From the IMG/VR virus record IMGVR_UViG_2778261178_000002: a DNA stretch of 36,637 nt; one strand, given 5' to 3'. Position numbers and translations under genes: made by a program. The notes below the pieces were generated by a model, which was not told where the DNA came from, ran no database searches, and worked only from the letters and a program-made list of their open reading frames with translations. The stretch is from a virus (taxonomy: Duplodnaviria; Heunggongvirae; Uroviricota; Caudoviricetes). Shown here piece by piece: positions 36,163-36,637 of the stretch. Position 1 is the first letter of the stretch, and each line of letters opens with the position of its first letter.

Positions 36163-36319
36163 TGCATAAGCCCTATCCCTGGTCACCGTCTTCCATTGAC
36201 CACATCGATAGAATCTCCCTTCATAGCACGATGCCTTTCACGTAACGGCATCGTGCTCGCACAGGTTCCGGCTAAGCACAACCAGAACGCGCATGTTTGA
36301 TGCTTACCAAAAAATATTC

Positions 36320-36637
36320 TCACTCTCCACATTTGAATGTCAGACGAGCGACGCCATGTAATCCTGCACCTTCTGTCTTCAGGTCAACTATCTGCATTTT
36401 TTTGCCCTGAGTAACACAGAAATGGGCTGCATCATTTTTTACTATATTTTCTGCACCAGATATTCTGCCCCTGGCTAAAGAAGCTTCGGCTTCGGTGTAG
36501 TATTGATTATCGAGTTTACGCTGAATATTACTTTTATATGCAAGACCAAATTTACCGATACTTGTCTCATCATTATGCACAGCACAACCAGACATAATAA
36601 AAATACTAATTAATGATATAGCAGCTATCTTTTTCAT
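36320..36637 (-). CDS. yegR: Lipoprotein YegR (host gene, right flank)
   Basis: 105-aa ORF with lipoprotein signal (IFIMSGC); start codon at the window end; downstream neighbour of cyaR in E. coli. Confidence 0.7.
   Translation of the reverse strand: MKKIAAISLISIFIMSGCAVHNDETSIGKFGLAYKSNIQRKLDNQYYTEAEASLARGRISGAENIVKNDAAHFCVTQGKKMQIVDLKTEGAGLHGVARLTFKCGE

Overview
This window is an almost complete P2-like (Peduovirus-type) temperate prophage, about 34.6 kb, inserted at the 3' end of the CyaR sRNA gene between host genes yegQ/trhP (left) and yegR (right). A 28-bp att core is directly repeated at both junctions (1507..1534 and 36135..36162). Gene order and protein lengths match the P2 map nearly one-for-one: ogr, D-U-T-E/E'-FII-FI, G-H-I-J-W-V, S-R, lysis cassette, X-L-M-N-O, divergent P-Q, cos, A and early genes, B, cox, C, int. 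Two visibly AT-rich cargo islands sit in the two known P2 accessory slots. (1) In the Z/fun slot (8.7..11.2 kb) is a two-gene operon: a DarT-like ADP-ribosyltransferase domain fused to an HD phosphohydrolase domain, followed by a macrodomain fused to a DprA/SMF-like domain. This is a non-canonical DarTG-like architecture and is my best candidate for an undescribed defence or toxin-antitoxin system. (2) In the tin/old slot (26.4..30.1 kb) is a three-gene operon resembling a Lamassu/ABC-3C system: an alpha/beta-hydrolase effector, a small middle protein and an SMC/Rad50-like ATPase. All domain calls are by eye from motifs; no searches were run. Other observations: the E/E' frameshift site, lysC embedded in lysB, 132-bp tandem repeats in tail-fibre gene H, the cos site, and the C/cox immunity switch with operator-like direct repeats.
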